Of a stretch of DNA of 64,000 nt, positions 8,847 through 20,500 are shown piece after piece. Below the pieces are notes generated by a model. The model saw only the letters and a list, made by a program, of their open reading frames with translations, ran no database searches and was not told where the DNA came from. Origin of the DNA: an uncultured Gemmatimonadales bacterium (GTDB lineage: Bacteria > Gemmatimonadota > Gemmatimonadetes > Longimicrobiales > RSA9); contig CAWCUS010000006.1 of assembly GCA_963798845.1 (NCBI GenBank), positions 1,295,060-1,359,059 of the forward strand, read 5' to 3'. Position numbers and translations under genes: made by a program. Position 1 is the stretch's first letter, and every line of letters starts with the position of its first letter.

Positions 8847-10033
8847 GCCACCGCCTCGAGCGCCCGCGACAGGTCCCGAATCAGCACGCCCGCCCCCTCC
8901 AGGCCGACCGACAGCCGGATCAGCCCGCGCGGCAGGCCCGCCGCCTCGAGCGCGCTGCCGTCGTCGCCACGCTCGGGGGAGATGGCGAGGCTCTCGGTGC
9001 CGCCCCAGCTCACGGCCAGCCGGATGACTTCCAGGGCGTCCAGCACCGCACGGACGCCGGCATGGCTGCCGTTCCGCAGCTCGAAGCTGAACAGGCTCGC
9101 GAATCCGGTGAGGCCGGCATCGCGGGGGTCAATGGCGTCGTCGAAGGCGGGGTGGTGGACGGCTCTCACGGCCGGGTGGCCGCGGAGAAACCCGGCCACC
9201 GCGAGGCCGTCGTCGTGGTGCTGGCGCATGCGCGTGGGCAGCGTCTTCAAGCCGCGCAGCAGCAGCCACGCGTCGAACGGGGCGAGGATGCCGCCGTTGA
9301 GCATGGTCGCGCGCTCGAAGATCTGCTCCATCCGGCCGTCGTCGGCGATGACGGCCCCGGCCATGAGGTCGCTGTGTCCGCCCAGGTACTTTGACGCGCT
9401 GTGGACGACCACGTCGACGCCCAGATCGAGCGGCTTCATGAACAGCGGCGTGGCCCAGGAGTTGTCGAGGGCGGTGGTGATGCCGCGATCGCGGCAGAGG
9501 GCGGCGATGCCGGGCACGTCGGCCAGGCGGAACAACATGGTGCCCGGGCTTTCCAGCCAGACCAGCCGGGTCTCCGCCCGGAGCGCCGCTTCCACCGGGT
9601 CCACCCGTCCGTCCAGCACCACGTCGTGCGCGATGCCGAAGCGGCTCAGGTGGGCGGCCAGCTGGAGCGTCGGGCCGTACGTGTGGTTGACGAACAGCAC
9701 GTGGTCCCCGGCCTCCAGCAGGCCCAGGAGCACGGCGCTCACCGCCGCCATGCCCGAGGCGTAGCACGTGCACGCCTCGCCCCGCTCCAGTGCAGCCAGC
9801 TTCCGCTCCAGCGCGTTCACCGTTGGGTTGCGCCCGCGGGAATAGACGGTCGTGCCGCGCTCGTCCGCCAGCCCGGCCACGAGCGCGTCGAAGGCGGGAA
9901 ACGCGAACGTCGCGGACTGCACGATGGGGAAGGCCATGGGCGCCGAGTGCTCTGGCGCGCGCGCCCCGGGGGCGCTCGGCTCGTCCGGGGCGAGACAGAC
10001 GGCGACGTCGCGGGGGTCGATGTCCACGGGCAC
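8843..10033 (-). CDS. Cys/Met metabolism PLP lyase (cystathionine gamma-synthase/lyase family)
   Basis: YSRGRNPT, SGMAA, ESPG, DNSWATP, SASKYLGGHSD, RLSVGLE; GTG start 2 bp after amidase stop. Confidence 0.9.
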   Translation of the reverse strand: MPVDIDPRDVAVCLAPDEPSAPGARAPEHSAPMAFPIVQSATFAFPAFDALVAGLADERGTTVYSRGRNPTVNALERKLAALERGEACTCYASGMAAVSAVLLGLLEAGDHVLFVNHTYGPTLQLAAHLSRFGIAHDVVLDGRVDPVEAALRAETRLVWLESPGTMLFRLADVPGIAALCRDRGITTALDNSWATPLFMKPLDLGVDVVVHSASKYLGGHSDLMAGAVIADDGRMEQIFERATMLNGGILAPFDAWLLLRGLKTLPTRMRQHHDDGLAVAGFLRGHPAVRAVHHPAFDDAIDPRDAGLTGFASLFSFELRNGSHAGVRAVLDALEVIRLAVSWGGTESLAISPERGDDGSALEAAGLPRGLIRLSVGLEGAGVLIRDLSRALEAVA

Positions 10034-10035
10034 GG

Positions 10036-11829
10036 TCAGCGCTCCAGCGTGGGCACCATGGCGGGCGGGCGGCGGTGGTGCGTCGCCTGCTCGAAGGCGT
10101 GGGCGAGGCCGATGAGCTTCGGCTCGGTCCAGGCGCCGGCGAAGAAGCTGAGTCCCACGGGGAGGTCGAACACGTAGCCCATGGGCACGGTGACGTGCGG
10201 GTAGCCCGCCACGGCCGCTGGCGTGGATGAGCCGCCGAGGAAGTGGTCCCCGTTCACCAGGTCGATGGCCCACGATGGGCTGTCCGTGGGGCAGATGATG
10301 GCGTCCAGCTGGTGCTCGGCGATGAGCGCATCGATCCCCTCCGGTCCCGCCATCCGCTTCGACTTCTCCAGCGCGTCCCGGTACTCCTGCTCGTCCAGAC
10401 CGCCCTTCTCCTGGGCGCGGATGAACGTCTCCTGCCCGAACCACTTCAGCTCCTCGTCGGCGTGGTCGTTGTTGAACGCGATGGCGTCGGCCAGCGTCCG
10501 GATCGGCACGCCCGTGCGCGTGGCCAGGTACGCGTTCAGGTCGTGCTTGAACTCGTACAGGAGGACCGTGAACTCCGCGTCGTTGTAATCGCCATCGTGC
10601 GGCATCTCCAGCTTGTCGATCACGGTGGCGCCCGCGTCCCGGAGCGCGGCCAGCGCGGCTTCGTACAGCCGATCGCCCTCGGGCGAGTAGCCCGTGAACG
10701 AGCCGCCCAGCGCACCCAGCCGCGCCCCCTTCAGCGCGCCCGCGTCGAGGAAGCGGGTGTAGTCCTCGGCGATGTGCCCTTTCGCCGCCGCCGTGGCCCG
10801 GTCGGACGGGTCGACGCCCGCCATCACCGTGAGCAATGCGGCCGCGTCGGCCACGGTGCGTGCCATGGGGCCGGCGGTGTCCTGGCTGTGGGAGATCGGA
10901 ACGATGCCGTCGCGACTGACCAGCCCCAGCGTCGGCTTGATGCCCACCACGCCGTTGGCCGTGGACGGGCACACCACGCTCCCGTCCGTCTCCGTCCCGA
11001 TGGCGATCGCGCACAGGTTGGCCGACACCGCCGCGCCGCTCCCGGAGCTCGAGCCGCACGGGCTCCGGTCCAGCACGTTCGGGTTGCGGCACTGCCCGCC
11101 CCGCCCGCTCCACCCGCTCGACGACTGGTTCCCCCGGAAGTTGGCCCACTCGCTCAGGTTGGTCTTCCCGATCAGCACCGCGCCGGCGTCCCGCAGCCGC
11201 TTCACCAGGAACGAGTCGTCCGGCGCCGGCGCCCCCACCAGCGCCAGCGACCCGGCCGTCGTCAGCATACGGTCGCCCGTGTCGATGTTGTCCTTGATCA
11301 TGATCGGGACGCCGTGCAGCGGACCGCGGACCTTTCCCGCCTTCCGTTCTGCGTCGCGCGCGTCCGCGATCGCCAGCGCGTCCGGGTTCCTCTCGATCAC
11401 CGCCCGCAGCGTCGGCCCCGAACCGTCCACCGAATCGATCCGATCGAGGTACAGCTGCGCCAGCTGCCGCGCCGTCCATTTCCCGCCCCGCATTCCCTCC
11501 TGGAGACCGGCCACGGTGACCTCCTCCAGCTCGAACGGCGTGACGCCGGGAGACCGCACCCCGCCGGCCCCGGCGGCTGCCCCCCCGGCCTCGGCGGTTG
11601 CCCCCCCGGCCTCCACGGCTGATGCACCGGCGCCCGCCCCAGCCACCGGTGCACCGGCGGCTGCGGACGCCCCGGAAACGCACGCGGACAGCGGCCCGCC
11701 CACCGCGAGCGCGCCACCCGCCACCGCGGCGGAGCGAAGAAAGGTGCGGCGGTCCAGGCCGCGAGCGGCGCCGGAGGGTCGGTCCTCTTCGGTTTGGTCG
11801 GGGCGGGAAACGTCGGGCTGCGTCATCAT
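10036..11829 (-). CDS. Amidase signature family enzyme with TAT/lipoprotein-like signal
   Basis: DRRTFLR, GPLHGVPIMIKDN, GKTNLSEW, GSSSGSG, GTETDGS. Confidence 0.93.
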   Translation of the reverse strand: MMTQPDVSRPDQTEEDRPSGAARGLDRRTFLRSAAVAGGALAVGGPLSACVSGASAAAGAPVAGAGAGASAVEAGGATAEAGGAAAGAGGVRSPGVTPFELEEVTVAGLQEGMRGGKWTARQLAQLYLDRIDSVDGSGPTLRAVIERNPDALAIADARDAERKAGKVRGPLHGVPIMIKDNIDTGDRMLTTAGSLALVGAPAPDDSFLVKRLRDAGAVLIGKTNLSEWANFRGNQSSSGWSGRGGQCRNPNVLDRSPCGSSSGSGAAVSANLCAIAIGTETDGSVVCPSTANGVVGIKPTLGLVSRDGIVPISHSQDTAGPMARTVADAAALLTVMAGVDPSDRATAAAKGHIAEDYTRFLDAGALKGARLGALGGSFTGYSPEGDRLYEAALAALRDAGATVIDKLEMPHDGDYNDAEFTVLLYEFKHDLNAYLATRTGVPIRTLADAIAFNNDHADEELKWFGQETFIRAQEKGGLDEQEYRDALEKSKRMAGPEGIDALIAEHQLDAIICPTDSPSWAIDLVNGDHFLGGSSTPAAVAGYPHVTVPMGYVFDLPVGLSFFAGAWTEPKLIGLAHAFEQATHHRRPPAMVPTLER

Positions 11830-11907
11830 CACCGTGCCTTGATCAGGTGGGAAGCCGGACCGCTCGCTGATATAGCGAGCGGCTGCGGCCCGGGAAAGGT
11901 CGCTCCC

Positions 11908-12137
11908 GGCCCGCGGACCGGCGGGCGGCCCGCGGACCGGCGGACTGCCCGGCGGGTGCCCGGCGGACGGGGTGCCCGCGGACCGGCGGGTGGCCCGCGG
12001 ACGGGGGTGCCCGCGGACCGGCGGGTGGCCCGAGGACGGGGGTGCCGTACCGGCGCGTGGCCCGAGAACGGGCGGGTCGCCCGCGGACCCGGCGGACTGC
12101 CCGCGGACCCGGCGGACTGCCCGCGGACCCGGCGGAC
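11908..12137. repeat. GC-rich imperfect repeats with core GCCCGCGGACC(C)GGCGG, ending in about 3 tandem 20-bp units
   Basis: Read directly, e.g. gcccgcggacccggcggact at 12079-12137. Confidence 0.75.
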
Positions 12138-12174
12138 GTCTGGAGAACGGGCGGGCCGGGAGGAGGGCTCCCTC

Positions 12175-12306
12175 TCTCCCGGAAAGTCTCTCCACATGGA
12201 GACAAACAACGCCGGAGGCGCTTGATATAAATGTCTGGTATATAACGACTTACGTTTATGTATCCCGGACGATGATCTCTCCATCTGGAGAGAAATCCCG
12301 GGGAGA
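12175..12306. promoter_or_regulatory. AT-rich core between two palindromic TCTCCA-N2-TGGAGA boxes
   Basis: Boxes at 12189-12202 and 12278-12291; arms extend as imperfect inverted repeat. Confidence 0.55.
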
Positions 12307-12362
12307 CGGGTGCAGCCACCTGCCGCCGACCGGGGCGCGAGGAGCGCCTCCGACGGTCTGTT

Positions 12363-12461
12363 CGGGAGCGTCCTCGGGCCGTCGTCGGGAGCGTCCTCGG
12401 GCCGTCGTCGGGAGCGTCCTCCGGCCGTCGTCGGGAGCGTCTCCGGCCGTCGTCGGGAGCG
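12363..12461. repeat. 22-23 bp tandem repeat x4-5
   Basis: Unit cgggagcgtcctcgggccgtcgt. Confidence 0.85.
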
Positions 12462-12528
12462 CCCGCCGCGTGGGCCACGTCGCGGGGGCCCCGTCGCGGG
12501 GTCCTTCCCGCCCGACTCGCCTGTCCTC

Positions 12529-12550
12529 TGTCGTACCCCCGTGTTACCCT
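12529..12550 (+). promoter_or_regulatory. PafBC/RecA-NDp-like promoter upstream of Mre11-like gene
   Basis: TGTCGT-acccccgtgt-TA-ccc-T, 48 bp before ATG. Confidence 0.6.
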
Positions 12551-12598
12551 ACACGCGGTCGTAACCACCGCCGAACGCAAGACCCGAGCATCACCCGC

Positions 12599-13909
12599 AT
12601 GTCCGACGTCAAGCTGCTGTGCGCGGCCGATCTGCACCTGGGCCGCAGGCCCACTCGTCTGCCCGGCGCCGCCGGGTCGATCACCGCTGCGTCATCGTGG
12701 CTGGACCTGGTGGAACGGGCGGTGGCGGAGGGGATGGTCGGGGTGCTGCTGGCTGGCGACATCGTGGATGAGGAGAACCGCTACTTCGAGGCGTACGGAC
12801 CGCTCGAGGCGGGGGTTCGGCGTCTGAAGGAGGCCGGCATCGCGCTCGTCGCGGTGGCGGGGAACCATGACCACGCGACGCTGCACGAGGTGGCCGCCGA
12901 AGTGGGGCAGGGGCACCTGGTGGTGCTCGGCCGGGGGGGCGCGTGGGAGCGGCATACGATCCGCGACGCGGAAGGGAAGGCGCTGGTCCACGTGGATGGC
13001 TGGTCGTTCCCGGAGTCGCGCTGGGGCGAGGACCCGACCGCGGGCTACGGTTTCGAGTCGCCGGCGGACGGCGCGCCCGTGGTGGGCCTTCTGCATTGCG
13101 ACCTGGACGCGCGCGAAAGCCGGTACGCGCCCGTCGTCGGCCGCACACTCGCCGGGTCGGGCCCGGATGCCTGGGTGCTCGGGCACGTCCACAAGCCGCG
13201 GCTGGACGCGAGCGCGGGCGTGCCCATGCTGTATCCTGGCTCTCTGGCCGCGCTGGATCCGGGCGAGCCGGGGCGCCACGGCGGCTGGCTGCTGGAGACC
13301 GGCTGCGGGGCACCGGCGCGGTTCAGGCCCATCGCGCTGTCGCGGGTGCGGTACGAGGATGTGGACGTGGCGCTGGACGGAGTGGACGACGAGGCGGCCG
13401 TGCGCGCCCGGGTTGTGGGCGCGCTGCGCGAACGCCTCGACGCCGTGGTCGACGAGGGCTGCGGTCCACTGGAGATCCTCTCGTGTCGGCTGCGGCTCGG
13501 CGGCCGGACGCCGCTGCACCACCGTGTCTCCGCCGCCCTGGGTCGGATCGAGGACCTGGACCTTGCCGAGCGGCAGGGCGTCCGGCTCTCGGTCCAGCCC
13601 CGGTTCGACGACGACACCGCGCCCGCGCTGGACCTGGTCGAGCTCGCCCGGGGCAGCGACGCCCCGGCGCTCCTCGCCCGGCTCCTCCTCGCGCTGGAGG
13701 GGCGAAGCGACGCGGCCTCGCTGCTCGAAGGCGTGCTCGGCGACTGCCGCTCCGCCGCCGACCGCGTCCTGTCCCGTTCGCACTTCGCGGCCGTGGCGGA
13801 GGCGGAGTCCGGCGATGAGGGTGGAGGCGGGGTCGACCCGAGCGCGGCCCTCCGTCGCCAGGCATACCGGCTGCTCGACGAGCTGATGCGCACGAAGGCG
13901 GTGGCATGA
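12599..13909 (+). CDS. Mre11/SbcD (YhaO-like) DNA repair metallophosphoesterase nuclease
   Basis: ADLHLG, AGDIVD, GNHD, LLH, LGHVH, YPGS motifs. Confidence 0.9.
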   Translation: MSDVKLLCAADLHLGRRPTRLPGAAGSITAASSWLDLVERAVAEGMVGVLLAGDIVDEENRYFEAYGPLEAGVRRLKEAGIALVAVAGNHDHATLHEVAAEVGQGHLVVLGRGGAWERHTIRDAEGKALVHVDGWSFPESRWGEDPTAGYGFESPADGAPVVGLLHCDLDARESRYAPVVGRTLAGSGPDAWVLGHVHKPRLDASAGVPMLYPGSLAALDPGEPGRHGGWLLETGCGAPARFRPIALSRVRYEDVDVALDGVDDEAAVRARVVGALRERLDAVVDEGCGPLEILSCRLRLGGRTPLHHRVSAALGRIEDLDLAERQGVRLSVQPRFDDDTAPALDLVELARGSDAPALLARLLLALEGRSDAASLLEGVLGDCRSAADRVLSRSHFAAVAEAESGDEGGGGVDPSAALRRQAYRLLDELMRTKAVA

Positions 13910-16900
13910 GCGACGCGCTGCGGTTCCTCCGCCTGGCGGTGCGTCGCATGCCCGGGTTCCCGAGGGGCGGGCTGGTCCTGGACGGCCTGTCACCGGGGGT
14001 GACGCTGATCCACGGGGCCAACGCTTCCGGAAAGACCACGGCCGCCCGTGCGCTGCACGCCGCGCTCTGGAGCACTACCGCTCCCGATGGTGCGGCGCTG
14101 GATGCGCGTTTCGAGCTGGGGGGCGTGGAATGGCTGGTGGAGCTGGACGCCCCACGGGTGCGCTGGCAGCGGGACGCCAGGGACGCGGGCGCGCCGCCTC
14201 TGCCCCCGGCGAACACCCGCGACCGTTACTTCCTCTCCCTGCACGGCCTGCTCGCTGCCGACCAGGACGAGCGCGACCTCGCCGCGCGCATCCGCGTGGA
14301 GTCCGCCGGCGGCTACGACGTCGCCGGCGCGGCGGCCGCCCTCAGGATCCAGTCGGCGGGCGTTCCGCGCGGTCTGCACGGGGCGCTGCGAGCGGCGGAG
14401 GCGCAGCTCCGGGAAGCGCAGGCGAGGGAGTCGGCGCTGAGGCACGACGCGGCGGATCTCGCGCGGCTGAAGGAGGAGCACGCCTCGGCCCAGTCGCGAG
14501 CGGCGCTCGTGGAGCCGGCGCGCCGCGCGCTCGAGCTGGCGCACGCCCGCGATCAGCTCGCCGAGGCGGAGGCCCGGCTGGCCGGCTTCCCCGACGGCAT
14601 GGGCCACCTGGACGGCCGCGAGCCGGAGCGGCTGAAAGCCGCCGCAGAGTCGGCCGCGGAGGCGGAGCGCGCGCTGGCCGCGGCGGAAGCGTCCGCGATC
14701 GCCGCGGCTCGGCAGCTCACGGAGGCGGGGCTGGGAGAGGAGGGTCTTCCGGGCGATGTCCTGGCCGAGATCGAGGCGCGGCTGGACCGTGCCCGCTCGC
14801 TCGAAGAGGCAGTCGCCCGCGACAGCGACGCCCTCGCCACCGCCCGCGCGGAGCGCGTTCGGTCCGGCGCGCTGCTGGGGATCGCCGAAGGCGCGGAGCC
14901 GCTGCCCGACGCGTCGGCCGCGGACGCCGAAGCGCTCGACGCGCTGCTCCGGCGGGCCCAGAGAGTGACGGAGCGGCGCGCCGCGCTGGACGAGCGGCTC
15001 CGCGTTCTCGGCACCGCTGGTGCCGCGGGAGCGGACGGGGAATCCGATCCTGCGGCCACGGACCCCGACCGGGTGTCGGAGATGGAGGACGCCGCGAGCG
15101 CGCTCCGCGAGTGGCTTCGGACCCCGGCGGCCGGCGGCGCGACGGAGCGCCGGCTGCGCGCCCTGGTGCTTGCGGCGGCGGTCGTACTGGGCGCCGCGGG
15201 AGCCGTCGCGTTTCTCCTGGGCATCCCGGTGCTCGGGACCCTCGCGCTGGTGGCCGGCATAGCCCTCCTCGTCCTGCGCCCCGCGAGCGGGGCCGACGAC
15301 CGGAGCCCGCTCGAGCGGCGTGCAGAGCGGGCGGGCGAGGCGCCGGATGCGTGGAAGCCCGACCACGTCGAGGAGGCGCTGCGGCGGCTCGAGAAGCGCC
15401 TGGCGGCCGCGCGCCAGGCGGAGCGCCGCGCCGAGGGGATCGCCGCCCTGGAAGCGCTGCGCCCCGAGCTGGACCGGGACGAAGCGTCTCTCGCGGCGCA
15501 GCGGGATCGCGTGGCCGCAGCGCTGGGGCTCGCCCCCGTCGGCGACCTGGCCCTGCACCTGGCCGCCACTCGGCTCCGGGAGTGGGGCGCGGCCCGGACC
15601 GAGGAGGTGCGCCGTGAGGCCTCGCTGGCCGGCCACGCGGGCGCCCTGTCGGCGACGCTCGCCGCCGCCGCATCGCTCGCCGGGCCGTTCGCGCCGGCGG
15701 ACGCGTGCAGCAGGGCCACCGGCAGCGCCGACGCGCTGTCGGCGCTGGCCAGGGAGCTGCGCGCGAAACGTGAGCTGCACACGGCCGCCATTGCCGCCCG
15801 CGACAGGGCCCGGGACGACCGGGATCGCGCCCTGGCCGCGAAGGAGGCCGCGGACCTGGCGCGCGCCGCGGTCTTCGAGGCCGCCGGGCTCCAGCCGGAT
15901 CGGGAGCACGAGCTCCGCGCCCGCGCGGCGCAGGTCGGGGAGTTCCGGGAGGCCGAGCGCCTGGCGGAGCGGGCCCGCACCGCCGCTTCCCTGGCCGAGG
16001 CGCGACTGGCCGAGAGCGCGACTGGCCGGAGCGGCGCCGCCCGGAGGCGCGCCGCCAGGAGGAGCTGCGGCGGCCGTGCTGCTGGCCGCGGGTGGCGTCG
16101 CCTCGCTCGAAAGCTCTCTGCAGGAAGCGGTGGCCGCGCAGGCCGCGGCGGAGCGGCTCGGCACCCGCATCACGGAGATCCGGACGCGGCTCGCCGAGGC
16201 GCGTCGGAAGCACGACGTGGAGGAGGCGCTGGCGGAGGTGGCGAGGGCACGCGGCGCGCTCCGCGACCAGCGCGACGACGACGTGGAAGCCGAGATCGGC
16301 GTCACCCTGGTGGAGTGGCTGCGCGCCCACGCCACGGAGCACGGGCGCCCGGCCGTTTTCGACCGGGCGAGGGATCTGCTTTCGGAGATCACCCGCCACC
16401 GCCATGTGCTCGACCTGGGCGACGACGGGGCCTTCCGAGCCCGCGACACCGTGACCGGCCGCGGCTACGCGCTCGCCGAGCTCTCCTCCGGCACCCGGCT
16501 CCAGCTCCTGCTGGCCGTGCGCGTGGCGTTCGTGGAGACCATGGAGGCCGGCGCCGCGCTGCCGCTCCTCCTCGACGAGGTGCTCGCCAACTCCAATGAC
16601 GCCCGTGCCGCCGCCATCATCGAGGCGGCCATCGCCCTCGCCCGGGGCGGACGCCAGGTCCTCTATTTCACCGCCCAGGCCGACGAGATCGCGAAGTGGC
16701 GGCGTGCACTGGAGGCCGCCCGGGACGTGGACTGGTGCGTCCGGTCGCTCGACGGCGCGGCTGGCGAAGCGCTCCCGCCGCAGTGGAGCGACTCCTCTCC
16801 CGAGCCGGTGCCCGCGCCCGGCGACCTCGACTACGACGGCTACGGCCGGCTCCTGGATGTGCCGCGGCTCGACCCGTGGGAGTCGGGGATCGGAGGGCTC

Positions 16901-17443
16901 CACCTCTGGTACCTGCTGGACGACGCGGCGGCGCTGCACGGGCTTCTCGCGCGGGGGATCAGGCGCTGGGGTCAGCTGGAGCGATTCCGCCGCATCGCCG
17001 GCGACGACGCCGATCCCGCCATGCGTCGCCTCCTCCTGCGCTCCGGCTCCGCCGCCGCCGTCTGCCGTCGGTTCCTCGAGCTGTGGGGTCGTGGCCGCGG
17101 GCGCCCCGTGGACCGGACCGCGCTCGTGGATTCGGGCGCCGTGTCGGACACGTTCCTGGACCGCGTCTTCGCCCTCTGCGACGAGGTCGACGGGGACGCC
17201 GGCGCGCTGCTGGCGGGGCTCGAGGACCGGAGGGTGGAGCGGTTCCAGTCGGGGAAGACGGAAGAGCTCCGGACGTGGCTGGGCGAGAACGGCTACCTGG
17301 ACGACGCCGAGCCGCTCTCACCCGCGGAGATCCGGCTCACGCTCTCCGCGGAAGCGGATCGCATCGCCCCCGATCTCGATCCCGACGACCTCGACGCCCT
17401 CCTGGCCCGTCTGGTCCGCGGCCCCGCGGTGCCCGCGGGCTGA
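13906..17443 (+). CDS. Rad50/SbcC (YhaN-like) coiled-coil ABC ATPase; frameshift at about 16015
   Basis: ATGA overlap with nuclease; Walker A GANASGKT; long coiled coil; LSSGT signature and LLLDE Walker B in the second frame; removing one A at 16015 joins the frames. Confidence 0.85.
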
Positions 17444-17492
17444 CGCCCCTCCTCGCGGCGCGCGCGGGCTGACGCCCCTCCTCGCGGCGCGC
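17435..17492. repeat. 29-bp direct duplication including the ATPase stop codon
   Basis: gcgggctgacgcccctcctcgcggcgcgc x2. Confidence 0.8.
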
Positions 17493-17524
17493 GGCGGAGC
17501 GGGGCCGGCCGGGGGCCGCCCGAC

Positions 17525-20500
17525 TCAGCCGGCCGTGCGCGCCAGCCCGACTGCGTACAGCGCGAGCTGGCGCCGGTATCGTCGGTCGCGGTCCGCGTCC
17601 CGCCGGGCGTCGGTCTTGAAGTCGACGATCGTCCAGCGCCCGGCGTCGTCCTGGAAAGCCAGGTCGATCACGCCCTCGAACAGCTCGCGCTCCGCCGGGG
17701 CGTCAACGCCCAGCGCCCCGGCTTCGGTCGCGTCCGCGGCGAACGCCAGGCGCGCCTCCACCAGCACGTGGCGAGCGCTCCGCACCCGCTCCCAGATCGC
17801 CGAAGCCCGGACCCGCTCCACCAGCGCGACCAGCTCTTCCAGCTCGGCCGGCTCGCCCGACGTCGGATCCACGGGCCGCTCGTGCTCCACCAGCGCCAGG
17901 CGACAGAGCCGCCTGAGCCGCTCGCCGTCCCGGCCCCGGCCGGCCGCCTCCAGCGCCCGGTGCACGGCGCTCCCCCAGCCGGAGCCCCGGGGCGCATGCC
18001 TCGCGCTCTCCTCGGCCCCGCCCAGATAGAGGATCTCGACCTGCGGGAGATCGCCGCCGGCCGGCTCGGGATCGCGCGTCACCGCGTCCGCGCCCTCCCC
18101 GTGCACCCGCGCGGTGACGGACCGGGCGTGGTACGACGGCTCTGCCAGGCGCTCACGGTCCGCCGTCGCCTGCTCGATCCGGCCCCGGATCGTCGACGCG
18201 TCCTCCGCCAGCGGCTCGCGGGGCGCCGGCGGAAGGAGCGGCGGCTCGATCTCCGTGGCCAGCGCGGGATCATCCAGCGTCTGGTGCAGTGCGCTCCAGC
18301 AGGAATCGAATTCCGTGCGGTCGCAGCGCGCGACCACCAGCTCCTCCCTGGCGCGAGTGGCCGCGACGTACAGGAGCCGATCGTCCTCGGCCGCGGTGAA
18401 CGGGGATTCGGCGTCCCAATGGTCCGGCCACGCCATCGGCGCAGCGAGGGTGCGGTCGCCTCGCTGCGTCGGGTCGGTGATGCGCAGCCAGCCTACCGCC
18501 CGACCCGTCCCGTCGCGGGTGACGTGCCGCGTGGGCGCCGGCGTGTCGAGCTTCGCCGGATAGGCCAGGATCACGACCGGCGCTTCCAGACCCTTGGCCT
18601 TGTGCAGGTTCATGACCCGCACCGCGCCGGTCTCGCCGGGGACGAGCGGCGCGTCCGCCTCCTCGCCCAGCGCCGACTCGAGCACCTCGATGGCTTCGCT
18701 CAGCGACGTGGCCCCGTCGCCGGCCGCCACGCGCAGGGAGTCCAGCGCGTACACCACCGCGCCCGCCCGCGTGGCCCCGAGCTCGCCCGCGGCCGCCCAC
18801 GGCAGGATTCCCAGCTCGTCCACGAGGGCGGCTACGGCGATGTCGGCGGGGTGCCGTTGGCTCGTCCGCCAGAAGCGCTGGAGGGTGCGGAGCGCGTCCC
18901 CCGCGGGGCCGGACCCGGTCTCACCGGTGAACGACACGCGCCCGCCGGCGCGCACGTGGTCGAGCAGCTGCTGGTGGGAGAGGCCGAAAAAGAGCCCCTC
19001 GAGCACGGCCAGCGTGAGCACGGGGTCGCCCGGATCGGCGAGCGCCCGCAGGAGCAGCAGCAGCTCGTGCAGCTCCTCCTCCGCGCCCACGCCGGCGCCC
19101 GTCACCTGGACCGGCACCCCGCGGGCCTCCAGCGCCCGCGCGTACGTGGCCAACTCGCTCTTCCGGGTGGCCAGCACCATGAAGTCGCTCGCGCGACGCT
19201 CGCCCGAGTCCACCCGAGACCGGATCCAGGACGCCAGCCGCGCCGCGTCCGGCTCCGCTACCCGCGGGCCGCTGAAGCCTCCCCGCCCGGGGTCGGATTC
19301 GAACCGGTACCAGAAGACGCCCTCGGAGGCGGACGATCCCGGCCGCACCCGCAGCGGGGCGAACGCGGCCTGGTGCTCCGTCTCCGCCGGCGGGAAGCGC
19401 GTCTCGAACGCGCGGTTCACGAACGCCTCGATCGGGGACCGGGAGCGGAAGTTGGTGGTGAGCAGCAGCACGTCCCCGAAGCCGCGGAAGCCCCGCTTCA
19501 CCTGGTTGTAGACCCCAATGTCGGCGCGGCGGAAGCGGTAGATGCTCTGCTTCGGGTCGCCCACCACGAAGAGCGCGCCAGGCCGCGGCGTCAGCGCCTG
19601 CCACGGCACGCGCGCCCCGTCTCCGCCGGAGCTCGCCGGCGGCTCCGACGACAGCAGGAAGAGGATCTCCGCCTGGACCGGGTCCGTGTCCTGGAACTCG
19701 TCCACCAGCAGCCACCGGTACCGCTCCCCGAGCGCCCGCCTCGCCTCCGGATTCCGACGCAGCAGCGCGGCCGTCCGCACCAGGAGGTCCTGGAAGGTCA
19801 GCTGGCCGAGCCGGAGGCGATCCTCCTCGTACGCCCCCGCCGCCGCGCGGGCGAAGCGGATCGCCACGCGGTAGCGCGCCGCCCACCACGTCCGGAGCAG
19901 GCGGTGTGCGCGGCCATCCTCCGAGCAGAAGTCGGCCCACGCTTCCCGGAGCGCCTTGGCCGCGCGTTTGCCCTCGGGCTCGTCCGACCAGCGCTTCTGC
20001 GTCAGGCGGTTCGGGGACTGGACGGCGTACTCGAGCGCGTCCAGGAACGCCACGTCCGAGCCCCACCCGAGCACGAACCGCCGAAACTTCAGCGTCCGGA
20101 CCTTCTGCTGGAGCGGGTCCCAGCCATCCGGGTGCTCCACAGCGGGGAGGAGCGCGAGCGATCGGTCGTGGAGCTGCTCCAGCTGGCGGCGCACCGCGTC
20201 CACCTCGGCCGCCCGCGGCGCGGGCGAGGCGGGTGCCGGGAAGGAGACGTCCGGGTTCCCGCTCAGCTCGCGGAACGCCCCGCTCAGCCGCGCCGGCGTC
20301 AGTCCGTGCGCGGCCAGCGCGGCAAGAAGGCGCGACCCGTCGCGGGCCGCGAGGCGGTCGAGGAATCGGGTCCAGCTCTCCGCCCGCAGGCGGTCCTCAT
20401 CGGTGCCCGAGACCTCTTCGAACTCCGGCGGCACGCGGGCTTCCAGCGGCCGCTCGCGAAGCAGCCGCGCACAGAAGGCGTGGATCGTCCCCAGGAAGCA

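Noticed and set aside
8843..11683. 946-aa ORF as a single fusion protein
   Set aside because: The upstream part is an alternate frame of the amidase; the real lyase starts near 10033.
12228..12255. dif site or replication origin in the AT-rich patch
   Set aside because: No match to the XerD arm TTATGTTAAAT and no DnaA boxes seen.
15991..16030. Programmed frameshift in the Rad50-like gene
   Set aside because: No slippery heptamer; one extra A in a 15-bp duplication, matching the window-wide indel pattern.
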